Shown one piece after another: positions 22,468 through 33,045 of a stretch of 64,000 nt of DNA. This stretch comes from Thiobacillus sp. UBA6205 (lineage in GTDB: Bacteria > Pseudomonadota > Gammaproteobacteria > Burkholderiales > Thiobacillaceae), in NCBI GenBank assembly GCA_002421825.1, contig DISR01000041.1, positions 29,108 through 93,107 on the forward strand, in the 5' to 3' direction. A program made the translations under genes and the position numbers. Within the stretch, counting starts at the first letter, position 1. Each line of letters starts with the position of its first letter. The notes beneath the pieces are model-generated. The model did not search any database and was not told the DNA's origin. It saw only the letters and a list, made by a program, of their open reading frames with translations.

Positions 22468-24516
22468 ATGAGTAGTGCAATCATGCTAGCCTTGGTGTGC
22501 GCGGGCATAGCCATTCTGTACGGGATCATATCCAGCCGCTGGATATTGGCGCAGCCTGCGGGCAACGAACGCATGCAGGCGATTTCTGCCGCGGTGCAGG
22601 AGGGGGCGCAGGCCTACCTCAAGCGCCAGTACACCACCATCGGCATTGTCGGCGTGGCGCTATTCGCGGTTATCGCCGTTTTCCTGAACATGCCGACCGC
22701 CATTGGCTTTGCCATCGGCGCCGTGCTTTCCGGTGCTGCCGGCTTCATCGGCATGAACGTGTCGGTGCGCGCCAATGTGCGTACCGCGCAGGCTGCGCAT
22801 AACGGCCTCAATGCCGCACTCAACATCGCCTTCAAGGGCGGTGCGATCACCGGCATGCTGGTGGTGGGCCTGGGCCTCCTGGGCGTGGCCGGCTACTACG
22901 CCATTCTGACCGCGGGCGGCGCGAGTTCATCCGACGCGGTGCATGCGCTGGTGGGCCTGGGCTTCGGCGGCTCGCTGATCTCCATCTTCGCGCGTCTGGG
23001 CGGTGGCATCTTCACCAAGGGCGCCGACGTCGGCGCCGACCTGGTGGGCAAGGTCGAGGCGGGTATTCCCGAGGACGATCCGCGCAACCCGGCGGTCATC
23101 GCCGACAACGTCGGCGACAACGTTGGCGATTGCGCCGGCATGGCGGCCGACCTGTTCGAGACCTATGCCGTGACCATCATTGCCACCATGTTGCTGGGCG
23201 GCCTGATGGTAGCGGGCGAGAGCGCGGCCAATGCCGTGGTCTATCCGCTGGTGCTGGGCGGCGTCTCCATCATCGCCTCCATCATCGGCACCTTCTTCGT
23301 GAAGGCGCGCGCCGGCGGCAAGATCATGAACGCGCTCTATCGCGGTCTCGCCGTTGCCGGCGTGCTGGCGGTGCCGGCCTTTTATGTGGTGACCACGCAG
23401 ATGTTCGGCGATGGCATCCAGATCGGTGACGAGATGGTGTCCAGCTTGAACCTGTTCTACGCTTCGCTCATCGGCCTGGTGCTGACTGCCGCCATGGTGG
23501 TGATTACCGAGTACTACACCGCGACTGAATATGCGCCGGTGCGCCACATCGCGCAGGCTTCCACCACCGGCCATGGCACCAACATCATCGCCGGACTGGG
23601 TGTTTCCATGAAATCCACTGCCGCGCCGGTGCTGGCCGTGTGCCTGGCCATCTGGGGTGCGTATGATCTGGCCGGCCTGTACGGCATCGCCATCGCGGCC
23701 ACCGCCATGTTGTCGATGACCGGCATCATCGTTGCGCTCGACGCCTACGGCCCGATCACCGACAACGCCGGCGGCATCGCCGAAATGGCCGAACTGCCCG
23801 ACGCGATCCGCAACATCACCGACCCGCTCGACGCCGTGGGCAACACCACCAAGGCGGTGACCAAGGGCTACGCCATCGGTTCCGCAGGTCTCGCGGCTCT
23901 CGTTCTGTTCGCCGACTATACTCACGCGCTGGAAGCCAGGACCGGCGGTGTCACGCTGTTCGACCTGTCCGACCACATGGTCATCATCGGCCTGTTCATC
24001 GGCGGCATGGTGCCCTACCTGTTCGGCGCCATGGGCATGGAAGCCGTGGGCCGCGCCGCCGGTTCGGTGGTGGTGGAAGTGCGCCGCCAGTTCCGCGAGA
24101 TCCCCGGCATCATGGAAGGCAAGGCCAAGCCCGAATACGGCACCTGCGTCGACATGCTGACCAAGGCCGCGATCAAGGAAATGATGATCCCGTCGCTGCT
24201 GCCGGTGCTGGTGCCGGTTCTGGTCGGCCTCATCCTCGGTCCGAAGGCGCTGGGCGGCGTGCTGCTCGGCACCATCATCACCGGCATCTTCGTGGCCATT
24301 TCCATGACCACCGGCGGTGGCGCATGGGACAACGCCAAGAAGTACATCGAGGAAGGCAACCACGGCGGCAAGGGCAGTGAGGCGCACAAGGCCGCCGTCA
24401 CCGGCGACACCGTGGGCGACCCCTACAAGGACACCGCCGGCCCGGCCGTGAACCCGCTGATCAAGATCATCAACATCGTGGCGCTGCTGATCGTGCCGCT
24501 GCTGCCGATGGCCTGA
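22468..24516 (+). CDS. hppA: Membrane-bound H+-translocating pyrophosphatase, K+-independent type
   Basis: [26 protein letters not shown] (Lys variant), [10 protein letters not shown]. Confidence 0.96.
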   Translation: MSSAIMLALVCAGIAILYGIISSRWILAQPAGNERMQAISAAVQEGAQAYLKRQYTTIGIVGVALFAVIAVFLNMPTAIGFAIGAVLSGAAGFIGMNVSVRANVRTAQAAHNGLNAALNIAFKGGAITGMLVVGLGLLGVAGYYAILTAGGASSSDAVHALVGLGFGGSLISIFARLGGGIFTKGADVGADLVGKVEAGIPEDDPRNPAVIADNVGDNVGDCAGMAADLFETYAVTIIATMLLGGLMVAGESAANAVVYPLVLGGVSIIASIIGTFFVKARAGGKIMNALYRGLAVAGVLAVPAFYVVTTQMFGDGIQIGDEMVSSLNLFYASLIGLVLTAAMVVITEYYTATEYAPVRHIAQASTTGHGTNIIAGLGVSMKSTAAPVLAVCLAIWGAYDLAGLYGIAIAATAMLSMTGIIVALDAYGPITDNAGGIAEMAELPDAIRNITDPLDAVGNTTKAVTKGYAIGSAGLAALVLFADYTHALEARTGGVTLFDLSDHMVIIGLFIGGMVPYLFGAMGMEAVGRAAGSVVVEVRRQFREIPGIMEGKAKPEYGTCVDMLTKAAIKEMMIPSLLPVLVPVLVGLILGPKALGGVLLGTIITGIFVAISMTTGGGAWDNAKKYIEEGNHGGKGSEAHKAAVTGDTVGDPYKDTAGPAVNPLIKIINIVALLIVPLLPMA

Positions 24517-24537
24517 TCGACGCTGCAAGAAAAACGG

Positions 24538-24563
24538 AAAAGCCGGCGCAAGCCGGCTTTTTT
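24538..24563 (+). terminator. Rho-independent terminator after hppA
   Basis: AAAAGCCGGC-GCAA-GCCGGCTTTTTT. Confidence 0.85.
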
Positions 24564-24638
24564 GTTTGGTTTTGCGAATGGAACGAGTATTCTCAAGGAA
24601 GCCGATAGTCTTCAGTTCAATGAAAAGGAAAGGACATC

Positions 24639-25346
24639 ATGCGCAAATTCGGTTTCCTGATCACCGGCCTGCTGGCCGCCCAGTGTGCCTGGGCCGCGCC
24701 CGAACACTACAAGATCGACGATACCCACAGCTTCGCCAACTGGAGCATCCGCCACATTGTCGGCAAGACCACCGGCACCTTCACCGGCATTTCCGGCAAG
24801 CTCATGCTCGATGCGGCCAATCCCAATACCGGCAGCGCAGACGTCACCATCAAGGTCTATTCGCTCGATTCCGGACACCGCGAGCGCGACATCCATTTGC
24901 TGACGGCAGATTTTCTTGACGCCAACCGCTACCCGACCATGCGCTTCGTCAGCAGCGGCTTCAGGTCCACCGGCAAGGACGCGGGCGTCATGTCCGGCCA
25001 GCTGACCCTGCACGGCGCCACCCGCCACGTGGAAATCCCCTACAAGGTCCTGGGTTTCGCCACCGACCCGTGGGGCAACCAGCGCGCCGCCTTCGAGGGC
25101 AAGTTCAGCATCAATCGCGGCGACTACGGCATCACCAAGTACGTTGGCGACAGCAATGGCACGGTCGGCAACGAGGTCGAGATCACTCTGCTGGTGGAAG
25201 GCCTGAAACTCGGCGCCGATGGCCAGGTGCTCAACGTCAAGAGCCAGCCCGCGGCGGCGCCGGCGCCCCAGCCGGCCGCCCAGCCAGCAGCGCAGCCGGC
25301 CAAAAAGCCCGCTATCGAGGACTTGCTGAAGGACATTCTCAGGTAA
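24639..25346 (+). CDS. YceI family periplasmic protein
   Basis: Signal peptide; YKIDDTHS, RDIHLLTADFLDANRYP, DPWGNQRAAFEG; Pro/Ala tail. Confidence 0.9.
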   Translation: MRKFGFLITGLLAAQCAWAAPEHYKIDDTHSFANWSIRHIVGKTTGTFTGISGKLMLDAANPNTGSADVTIKVYSLDSGHRERDIHLLTADFLDANRYPTMRFVSSGFRSTGKDAGVMSGQLTLHGATRHVEIPYKVLGFATDPWGNQRAAFEGKFSINRGDYGITKYVGDSNGTVGNEVEITLLVEGLKLGADGQVLNVKSQPAAAPAPQPAAQPAAQPAKKPAIEDLLKDILR

Positions 25347-25397
25347 CGCGTGAAGGGGCGGTATAATCCGCCCTTTTCGAATTTTGGTCAGTCGGCA

Positions 25398-25946
25398 ATG
25401 AATCTCGACCGCGTCAGTTCCGGCGACAATCTGCCGGACGACTTCAACGTCATTATTGAAATCCCCGCCCACGGCGAACCCATCAAGTACGAGGTGGACA
25501 AGGAGACCGGGGCAATGTTCGTGGACCGTTTCATGTCCACGGCCATGCATTACCCCTGCAACTACGGCTACATCCCGCATACGCTGTCCGAAGACGGCGA
25601 CCCGGTGGATGTGCTGGTGATTACCCCGATTCCGCTGATTACGGGCGTGGTGGTGCGCTGTCGTCCGGTCGGCATGCTGAAAATGGCAGACGAGGCCGGG
25701 GTCGACGCCAAGCTCGTCGCGGTGCCCATTGACAGATTGTGCGGCCTTTATCGCATGGTCCGGCACCCCGAGGATCTGTCGCCGCTGACCTTGAGGCAGA
25801 TTTCGCACTTTTTCGAGCATTACAAGGACCTGGAGGAGGGCAAGTGGGTCAAGGTCGAAGGCTGGACGGGGGCGGACGACGCCCGCGCCGAAATCATGGC
25901 CGGCGTGGAGCGCTACCGCAACGCGGAGCACAAGCCGGCTTTCTGA
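25398..25946 (+). CDS. ppa: Soluble inorganic pyrophosphatase (family I)
   Basis: [35 protein letters not shown]. Confidence 0.97.
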   Translation: MNLDRVSSGDNLPDDFNVIIEIPAHGEPIKYEVDKETGAMFVDRFMSTAMHYPCNYGYIPHTLSEDGDPVDVLVITPIPLITGVVVRCRPVGMLKMADEAGVDAKLVAVPIDRLCGLYRMVRHPEDLSPLTLRQISHFFEHYKDLEEGKWVKVEGWTGADDARAEIMAGVERYRNAEHKPAF

Positions 25947-25970
25947 CCGCCTAGATCAAAAACAACATTT

Positions 25971-26041
25971 ACAGGGAGGTAATGGAGGTTAAGGGAGAAA
26001 ATCAAAAAGATTTCCTCCCCTTCCTCTCCGAACCTCCCTGT
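25971..26041. repeat. Inverted repeat (purine-rich arm / pyrimidine-rich arm)
   Basis: ACAGGGAGGT...ACCTCCCTGT with roughly 9-nt GGAGGT units and an AT-rich loop. Confidence 0.55.
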
Positions 26042-26048
26042 TAACTAG

Positions 26049-26615
26049 ATGCCTGAAATGAAAATCTGCATTCTTTCCGATTCCCACGACAACCGTCAGC
26101 TGATGGGGGCGGCGGTCGCCGACGCCAAGGCGCGCGGCGCCGAGGCCGTGCTGCACTGCGGCGACGTGGTGGCGCCGACCACCCTGCGCATCCTGCAAAA
26201 GTACGAACTGCCGGTGCATGTCATCCACGGCAACAACACCGGCGACATGTACAGCATGACGCGGCTCGCGGCGGAACCCGGCAGCGTGGTGCGCTACCAT
26301 GGCCAGGACGCGGGCATCACCCTGGGCGGACGCCACATCTTCATTGTGCACTACCCGCATTACGCAAGGGCCATGGCCTGTACCGGCGACTTCGATCTGG
26401 TGTGCTGCGGCCACGAGCACAAGCCGGAATTGCTGCAGCTTGCCAACGTCAAGGGCGGACAGACCTGGCTGGTGAATCCCGGCACGGTGGGCGGCGTGGG
26501 CCATGCGCCCACCTACGTGATGGCGGATTTGCAGAGCATGCAGTTCGAGACCCTGCCTGTGCCGGTGCCCGCGACCGTGCCCAGTGAACAGCCGCGCGTT
26601 ACCCCTCACGTTTAA
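26049..26615 (+). CDS. YfcE-like metallophosphoesterase
   Basis: SDSHD, HCGD, HGNN, CGHEH, NPG motifs. Confidence 0.88.
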   Translation: MPEMKICILSDSHDNRQLMGAAVADAKARGAEAVLHCGDVVAPTTLRILQKYELPVHVIHGNNTGDMYSMTRLAAEPGSVVRYHGQDAGITLGGRHIFIVHYPHYARAMACTGDFDLVCCGHEHKPELLQLANVKGGQTWLVNPGTVGGVGHAPTYVMADLQSMQFETLPVPVPATVPSEQPRVTPHV

Positions 26616-26803
26616 ACGGTTTTTCTAAAACCCGCTCTATTCCTGCATAAGTAAGTTCGATCAAAAACGCGGACTTATTCAGTGGCTACGCGGGCCTCAT
26701 CAGAGTAACATCCAACTGCTTAAATTTATTGAGTTGCGCCGTGGGGTTGTGGCGCATTCTTGAATCATTTCGACACCCCGCATCCGTTGCGATGGAGGAC
26801 CTG

Positions 26804-28087
26804 ATGACGGACGTAGTAGCAACCAACGAGACCATTCTCGTCGTCGGCGGCGGCATTTCCGGCATGACGGCGGCGCTCGAAGCCGCGGAAACCGGAAAGC
26901 AGGTCGTGCTGCTGGAGAAAAACCCCGCTTTGGGCGGCCGCACTTCCCAGCTCTACCGCTATTTCCCCAAGATGTGCCATCCCACCTGCGGCCTGGAAAT
27001 CAACCTGCGCCGCCTCAAGGCCAACCCGCGCGTGCGCGTGCTGACTCAGGCCGAGGTGACGGGCATCTCGGGCAGCGCCGGCGATTACACCGCCACGGTG
27101 AAGCTCACCCCGCGCTACGTGAATGAAAACTGCACTGCCTGCGGCGCCTGCGCCGACGCGGTGAAAACCGAAGTCGACAACCCCTTCAACTACAACCTGG
27201 GCAAGATGAAGGCGGCCTACATTCCGTCCGCCATGGCTTATCCGCAGCGCTACGTGTTGCATCCGTCCATCATCGGCACGCCCGACGCCGAGGCCGCCAA
27301 GGCCGCCTGCAAGTACGGCGCCATCGAACTCGAACAGAAGGAAGAGACCATCGAGATCAAGGCCGGCGCCGTGGTCTGGGCCACCGGCTGGCAGCCCTAC
27401 GATGCGGCCAAGATTCAGCCCTATGGCTACGGCCGCTACAGGAACGTGATCACCAGCGTGGAGTTTGAGCGCCTGGCCGACCCGCACGGCCCCACCGGCG
27501 GCAGGATCCTGCGTCCCTCCGACGGCAAGGAAGCCAAGAACATCGCGTTCATCCAGTGCGCCGGTTCGCGCGACGAGAATCATCTGCGGCATTGTTCGCG
27601 CATCTGCTGCATGGCCTCGCTCAAGCAGACCCACTACGTGCGCGAGCAGCATCCGGAGGACGGCAAGTCCACCATCTACTACATCGACATCCGCGCCATC
27701 GACCGCTTCGAGGATTTCTACCAGAAGGTCCAGGCCGATCCCAGCGTGACTTTCGTCAAGTCCAAGGTCGCCCGCATCTCCGAGGACGGCAACGGCAACC
27801 CCGTGTGCTGGGGCGTCAACACCGAAGGCTACAAGCGCTATTCCAACCCGCATGACCTCGTGGTGCTGGCTGTGGGCATGGAACCGTCGGTCAAGGGCGT
27901 GGCCATTCCCGCCAACGTGGTGTTCGATTCCAGCGGCTTCATCGAGGCCGATCCGGCCAACGGCGCGGTGTTCGGCGCCGGCTGCGCAAGCAACGCGCTG
28001 GACGTGAATCGTGCGGTGCAGTCTGCCACGGCAGCGGCGCTTCGCGCCATCCAGGTGGTCAACAAAGTGGCGCGGGCCGAAGCTTAA
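26804..28087 (+). CDS. qmoA: QmoA (HdrA-like flavoprotein)
   Basis: VVGGGISGMTAA, IAFIQCAGSRDENHLRHCSRICC; GGAGG RBS. Confidence 0.88.
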   Translation: MTDVVATNETILVVGGGISGMTAALEAAETGKQVVLLEKNPALGGRTSQLYRYFPKMCHPTCGLEINLRRLKANPRVRVLTQAEVTGISGSAGDYTATVKLTPRYVNENCTACGACADAVKTEVDNPFNYNLGKMKAAYIPSAMAYPQRYVLHPSIIGTPDAEAAKAACKYGAIELEQKEETIEIKAGAVVWATGWQPYDAAKIQPYGYGRYRNVITSVEFERLADPHGPTGGRILRPSDGKEAKNIAFIQCAGSRDENHLRHCSRICCMASLKQTHYVREQHPEDGKSTIYYIDIRAIDRFEDFYQKVQADPSVTFVKSKVARISEDGNGNPVCWGVNTEGYKRYSNPHDLVVLAVGMEPSVKGVAIPANVVFDSSGFIEADPANGAVFGAGCASNALDVNRAVQSATAAALRAIQVVNKVARAEA

Positions 28088-28105
28088 GGTAGGAGAAACA
28101 GAGAA

Positions 28106-30382
28106 ATGGCTGAAGAGAAGAAATTCGCCGCGTATATCTGCAAGGGCTGCGGCCTGGGCGAGCGCCTGGATGCCGACAAGCTGGCAGGTCTCGCGCAGAA
28201 GGAAGGCAAGATGCAGGTCGTGAAACAGCACGACTTCCTGTGCAATGCCGACGGTGTCGCGATGATCAAGAACGACATCGCCAACGAGGGCGTGACCCAC
28301 ATCATGATCGCGGCCTGCTCGCGCCGCGCCAAGACCGAGGCCTTCTACTTTCCCAACAATGCCGTGGCGCGCGCCAACCTGCGCGAAGGCGTGATCTGGA
28401 TTCGCCCCGACACCGAGGAGGCACGCGAAACCACCCAGGACATGGCCGAAGACTACGTGCGCATGGGCTGCGCCGAAGTGAAGGCGATGACTGCGCCCGG
28501 CGGCAACGTCAACACCGGTTCCAACCGCACTGTGCTGGTGGTGGGCGGCGGCCTGAGCGGCATGACCGCCGCGCTGGAAGCTTCCAAGACCGGCTACCCC
28601 GTGGTTCTGGTGGAGAAATCCGGCGCCCTCGGCGGCTGGGCGGCAAAACTGTGGAAGCGCATCCCCGTGCACGAGCCGTTCAAGGCGCCCGCCGATACCG
28701 GCGTGGCCGACATGGCCGCGCAGATTGCGGCCGACCCCAACATCAAGGTCTATCTCAATTCGATCGTTGCCAAGACCGATGGGGCACCGGGCCGCTTCGT
28801 GGTGAGCATCGCCACCGAGTCTGGCAACGTCAGCACCGAGGACATCGGCGCCATCATCCAGGCTAGCGGCTTTGAACTCTACGATGCCAACAGGCTGCCG
28901 CACCTGGGCTACGGCAAGTCGCCCAACGTGGTCGACCAGGCCGGCCTCGAAGCGCTGGCGAAAGCAGCCAACGGCGGTCCGATCCTGCGCCCTTCCGACG
29001 GCAAGCCAGTCACTTCCGTGGCCTTCGTGCAGTGCGCCGGCCAGCGGGACAGCACTGGCGAGCACCTGCCATACTGCTCGGGCTACTGCTGCAACACCAG
29101 CATCAAGCAGGCCATGTACTTCAAGGACGGCAATCCGGCCATCGACACCACGGTGATCTATACCGACCTGCGCACGCCCGGCAACGGCGAGGACTTCTAC
29201 CGCAGCGCGCAGGAGAAGGGCGTGATCTTCACCAAGGGCAAGGTCGGCAGTGTCGCCGCGAGCGGCAGCGCCTGCACGGTGAATTTCCACGACCTCATCC
29301 TCGACGACCAGAACGCGCAGATCGAGGCCGACCTCGTGGTGCTGGCCACCGGCCAGGTGCCGAACTCCGGCATCAATATCGACATGAGTGCCGAGGAAAA
29401 GGCCGATGAGGCTGCAGCCGAGGCCGCGGCTTCCGAGGCGGCGGCCAGCAGCGCACAGCCGGTGCAGTTCTCCAAGAAGGTTTCCGTGCTGAACCTGAGC
29501 TATCGCCAGGGCCCGGACATTCCGCAGTTCAAGTATGGATTCACCGATTCGCACTTCATCTGCTTCCCGTATGAAACCCGCCGCACCGGCATCTACACGG
29601 CAGGCCCGGTGCGCCGTCCCATGGACATGGTGCAGGCGCGCGAGGACGCTACCGGCGCCGCACTGAAGGCCATCCAGGCGCTGGAAAACGCCCAGCTCGG
29701 CCGCGCCGCGCATCCGCGCTCGGGCGACCTGTCTTTCCCGAAAGTGCGCATCGAGGGCTGCACCCAGTGCAAGCGCTGCACGGTGGAATGCCCGTTCGGC
29801 GCCATCGACGAGGACGAGAAGCGCTTTCCGCTGTTCAATGAATCGCGTTGCCGCCGTTGCGGCACCTGCATGGGCGCCTGCCCGGTACGCGTGATCTCCT
29901 TCGAGAACTACTCGGTGGATACCGTGGGCTCGCAGATCAAGGCTGTCGACATTCCGGACGAGTTCTCCGAGAAGCCGCGCATCCTGGTGCTGGCCTGCGA
30001 GAACGATGCCTATCCGGCACTCGACATGGCCGCCATGAAGCGCAACGAATATTCCGCCTTCGTGCGCGTGATTCCGGTGCGCTGCCTGGGTTCGGTGAAC
30101 ACCATCTGGATCACCGATGCGCTCAACGCCGGCTATGACGGCGTCATGCTCATGGGCTGCAAGCACGGCGAGGATTACCAGTGCCATTTCGTGAAAGGTT
30201 CCGAGCTTGGCCGCTACCGTCTGTCCAAGGTCGGCGACACGCTGAAGAACATGAACCTGGAAACCGAGCGTGTGAAGGACCTGGAGGTGGCGATTACCGA
30301 CATCGACAACCTGCCGCGCATCATCAACGAATACGCGCAGACCATTGCCGACATCGGCATGTCGCCGTTCAAGGGCTTCTAG
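28106..30382 (+). CDS. qmoB: QmoB (HdrA-like + ferredoxin + MvhD domain)
   Basis: FAD motif, CTQCKRCTVECP / CRRCGTCMGACP, MvhD-like ACENDAYPA...IPVRCLG...GCKHGEDYQCHF. Confidence 0.9.
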   Translation: MAEEKKFAAYICKGCGLGERLDADKLAGLAQKEGKMQVVKQHDFLCNADGVAMIKNDIANEGVTHIMIAACSRRAKTEAFYFPNNAVARANLREGVIWIRPDTEEARETTQDMAEDYVRMGCAEVKAMTAPGGNVNTGSNRTVLVVGGGLSGMTAALEASKTGYPVVLVEKSGALGGWAAKLWKRIPVHEPFKAPADTGVADMAAQIAADPNIKVYLNSIVAKTDGAPGRFVVSIATESGNVSTEDIGAIIQASGFELYDANRLPHLGYGKSPNVVDQAGLEALAKAANGGPILRPSDGKPVTSVAFVQCAGQRDSTGEHLPYCSGYCCNTSIKQAMYFKDGNPAIDTTVIYTDLRTPGNGEDFYRSAQEKGVIFTKGKVGSVAASGSACTVNFHDLILDDQNAQIEADLVVLATGQVPNSGINIDMSAEEKADEAAAEAAASEAAASSAQPVQFSKKVSVLNLSYRQGPDIPQFKYGFTDSHFICFPYETRRTGIYTAGPVRRPMDMVQAREDATGAALKAIQALENAQLGRAAHPRSGDLSFPKVRIEGCTQCKRCTVECPFGAIDEDEKRFPLFNESRCRRCGTCMGACPVRVISFENYSVDTVGSQIKAVDIPDEFSEKPRILVLACENDAYPALDMAAMKRNEYSAFVRVIPVRCLGSVNTIWITDALNAGYDGVMLMGCKHGEDYQCHFVKGSELGRYRLSKVGDTLKNMNLETERVKDLEVAITDIDNLPRIINEYAQTIADIGMSPFKGF

Positions 30383-30398
30383 GGCGGAGGAGAAGACA

Positions 30399-31043
30399 AT
30401 GAGCGCAAACCAAGAGATGGCCGTCCGCTACAAGAACAACTTCCTCAAGGAAGTCGAGCAGCAGGTCGAGATGGGCGAATGGGTCAAGATGTGCATGCAG
30501 TGCGGCGTGTGCTCCGGCTCCTGCCCGACCAACTTCCACCCCGGCTGGGAGCATCCGCCGCAGGAAATCTTCATGATGATCCGCGCCGGCAAGCGCGAAG
30601 AGGTGCTGACCAGCCCCTCGATGTGGATGTGCACCTCCTGCTACAACTGCATCGTGCGCTGCCCGCGCAAGCTGCCGATCACCCACATCATGCACGGCCT
30701 GGCGGAGTATGCCTATGAACTGGGCCTGGCGCCCAAGGTGCAGCCCACCCGGAATCTGTCCAAGCTCTTCTGGAGCAACGCCACCAAGACCGGCCGCATC
30801 AACGAACTGACGTTTTCCCTGGGCATGTATTTCAAGGACGCCGAGGGCAAGATCAACATCGGGCAGGGCATCAAGAAAGGCCTGGAGATGCAGAAAGTGG
30901 CGCTGGGCCTGCTCAAGGCCAAGCGACTCAACCCGTTCGAGATTTTCGGCGGCCACAAGTGCAAGGACCAGAAAGGTATCCACGCGATGCTGGCCAAGGC
31001 ATACGCGCTCGAGTCGAAACGCAAGGGCCGTCATGTCGGTTAA
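30399..31043 (+). CDS. hdrC: Heterodisulfide reductase subunit C-like Fe-S protein
   Basis: CMQCGVCSGSCP and CTSCYNCIVRCP; no QmoC membrane domain. Confidence 0.88.
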   Translation: MSANQEMAVRYKNNFLKEVEQQVEMGEWVKMCMQCGVCSGSCPTNFHPGWEHPPQEIFMMIRAGKREEVLTSPSMWMCTSCYNCIVRCPRKLPITHIMHGLAEYAYELGLAPKVQPTRNLSKLFWSNATKTGRINELTFSLGMYFKDAEGKINIGQGIKKGLEMQKVALGLLKAKRLNPFEIFGGHKCKDQKGIHAMLAKAYALESKRKGRHVG

Positions 31044-31059
31044 GGAGTAAGGAAAAAAC

Positions 31060-31953
31060 ATGGCCAAGAGACAATACGCTTTCTACCCCGGCTGCTCCTC
31101 GCAAAAGGGCGCATCCGCTTCCAATTACCTGACTTCGGTGGAGTCCATGTGCAAGACACTGGACATCCAGTTGACCGAGATTCCCGACTGGAACTGCTGC
31201 GGCGCTTCCATCAGCTATGCCGAGGCCGGCGAATTGCCGCGCCACGTCATGAATGCGCGCAACTTCGCATTGGCCGAGGCCAACCTGCCCGGACAGGACA
31301 TCGTCGCTACTTGCGCTGCCTGCTGGCTGGGCGCCAAGGAGTCCAAGGAACGCATCGAGCACAGCTCGCAACTGATGGCCGATACCCAGGAAGCGCTCAA
31401 GGAAGCCGGCCTGCAGATCAAGGTCATGCCCGAGATTCGCCACATGGCCGAAGTGCTGGTGGAGGACTTCGGCTTCGAGGAGCTGGGCAGGCACGTGAAG
31501 AACCCCTTGCAAGGCTTGAAGTTCGCCGGCTACGTCGGCTGCCAGACCAACCGGCCCTTCGGCATCGCCGGCGAGAACTTCGAGAATCCCATGTACCTCG
31601 ACAAGATCGTCGAGACCATGGGCGGCGAAGCCGTGCCGTATGACCAGAAAGTGACCTGCTGCGGCGGCGCGCTGGCCTTCTCCGAGCCCGACAAGGCCCA
31701 GGCCCAGATCAAGGACATCGTCGAGGCGGCCTATGACGGCGGCGCCGAGATGATCGTCACGCCGTGCCCGCTGTGTCAGGCCAATGTGGAAATCTACCAG
31801 GGCCACATCAACAAGAAGTACGGCACCAAGTTCAACATCCCGGTGCTCTACTACAGCCAGTTGATGACCATCGCCTACGGCGGCAGCGCCAAGGAAGCCG
31901 GCCTCAACGGACAGGTGATCCGCGCGCCCAAGCTGGAAGCGATCGCCAAGTAA
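31060..31953 (+). CDS. hdrB: Heterodisulfide reductase subunit B-like protein
   Basis: YPGCS, WNCCGA, CAAC, YVGC, TCCGG, PCPLCQ CCG domains. Confidence 0.9.
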   Translation: MAKRQYAFYPGCSSQKGASASNYLTSVESMCKTLDIQLTEIPDWNCCGASISYAEAGELPRHVMNARNFALAEANLPGQDIVATCAACWLGAKESKERIEHSSQLMADTQEALKEAGLQIKVMPEIRHMAEVLVEDFGFEELGRHVKNPLQGLKFAGYVGCQTNRPFGIAGENFENPMYLDKIVETMGGEAVPYDQKVTCCGGALAFSEPDKAQAQIKDIVEAAYDGGAEMIVTPCPLCQANVEIYQGHINKKYGTKFNIPVLYYSQLMTIAYGGSAKEAGLNGQVIRAPKLEAIAK

Positions 31954-32015
31954 GCCGGTCCGGAAATGTGGTAAAAACAGGGGCGACAGCCCCTGTTTCT
32001 TTTTGAAGGTTTGGT

Positions 32016-32324
32016 ATGAGAAACGTCGAGAAATATGAAGAATTCGTGGACCTGGTACATCAGGCCGTGTACGAGGTGGACGAACTGCGCGCCTGCATGG
32101 AAGACGAGGAAGACTACGACATGGAGCGCTACGCCCCCTTCATCGACGCGCTCGATGCCTCGCTCAGGCAGCTCTACGACGACATCATTTCCGGCAACTA
32201 CGCCGGCGCGGGGCAGGGCGGCGACTTGCCGTTCATGAAAATCGTCAACCGCTTCGAGCGCGACATCCCGTTCAGGGATCTGCTGAAAACCATCAACGCC
32301 GCGCATCGCAAGGGCTGGCGTTAG
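32016..32324 (+). CDS. Hypothetical protein (acidic, helical)
   Basis: 102-aa ORF with host-like codon use downstream of hdrB. Confidence 0.7.
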   Translation: MRNVEKYEEFVDLVHQAVYEVDELRACMEDEEDYDMERYAPFIDALDASLRQLYDDIISGNYAGAGQGGDLPFMKIVNRFERDIPFRDLLKTINAAHRKGWR

Positions 32325-32343
32325 AGAGTAACGCCATAAGGCG

Positions 32344-32435
32344 GTCATCGCGAGGCCGCAGGCCGTGGCGATCCAGTTAAACAAGGCACGGCAAAACCCT
32401 GGATTGCCATGTCGGCTACGCCTCCTCGCAATGAC
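32344..32435. repeat. Palindromic element, CGTCAYYGCGAG family, copy 3
   Basis: GTCATCGCGAGG ... CCTCGCAATGAC with ATCCAG/CTGGAT inner arms. Confidence 0.8.
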
Positions 32436-32469
32436 GGGCTCGACGGATTTGTTCTTATGGCTTATTGCT

Positions 32470-32883
32470 TCAGGCAGTGCGCTTCACGCGCACGATCAGA
32501 TCGATGCCCACGGTTTCCACGCCCTTGGGCAGGGCGGGCAGGCCTTCGATGCGCACATCGAAGGCATCGATGTCGGTGAGGCGGCCGGAATCGACTTCGT
32601 ACAGGTGGTGATGCGGCCCGGTGTTGGGGTCGTAGAACACCTTGGAGGGGTCGACGATCACTTCGCGGATCAGGCCCTTTTCCAGGAACAGGTTGAGGGT
32701 GTTGTAGACCGTTGCCTTGGAGGTTTCGGCATGGCGGTCGTTGACGATGGCCATGACCTGGTCGGCCGACAAGTGCTCCTGGCGCGAGAACAGCGCATAG
32801 GCGATCTCGATCCGCTGGTGGGTCGGATTGATGTCGTGAGCCCTGAGAAGCTCGGCCATGTTGTCGTGGCTGTAGTGAAGCAT
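32470..32883 (-). CDS. Fur family regulator, Irr-like
   Basis: HLSADQV, SKATVYNTLNLF, YDPNTGPHHH; no CxxC motifs. Confidence 0.85.
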   Translation of the reverse strand: MLHYSHDNMAELLRAHDINPTHQRIEIAYALFSRQEHLSADQVMAIVNDRHAETSKATVYNTLNLFLEKGLIREVIVDPSKVFYDPNTGPHHHLYEVDSGRLTDIDAFDVRIEGLPALPKGVETVGIDLIVRVKRTA

Positions 32884-32924
32884 CGTTTGTGACAGTGAAA
32901 TAACGATTTAATGATAATCTAGGA

Positions 32925-32941
32925 TTTGGACTCTGTCTAAC
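32925..32941. promoter_or_regulatory. Possible autoregulatory operator (ICE-like palindrome)
   Basis: TTTGGAC-TCT-GTCTAAC upstream of the Irr-like gene, similar to TTTAGAA-N3-TTCTAAA. Confidence 0.4.
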
Positions 32942-33045
32942 TTCCGGAATCGATACGCCCGTGATTTCCCCACAAGCTGCCCCAATGCAATAGGGGGTGC
33001 AGGGGAATTCCCTTATAATCCAAGCTTTAACGAGCCATTTTCGCC

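Noticed and set aside
26804-31953. Methanogen-type Hdr or sHdr (hdrC1B1A-hyp-C2B2) system
   Set aside because: Domain order (HdrA-like, HdrA-MvhD fusion, C, B) matches QmoAB-HdrCB; no lipoate-binding protein genes or second B/C pair.
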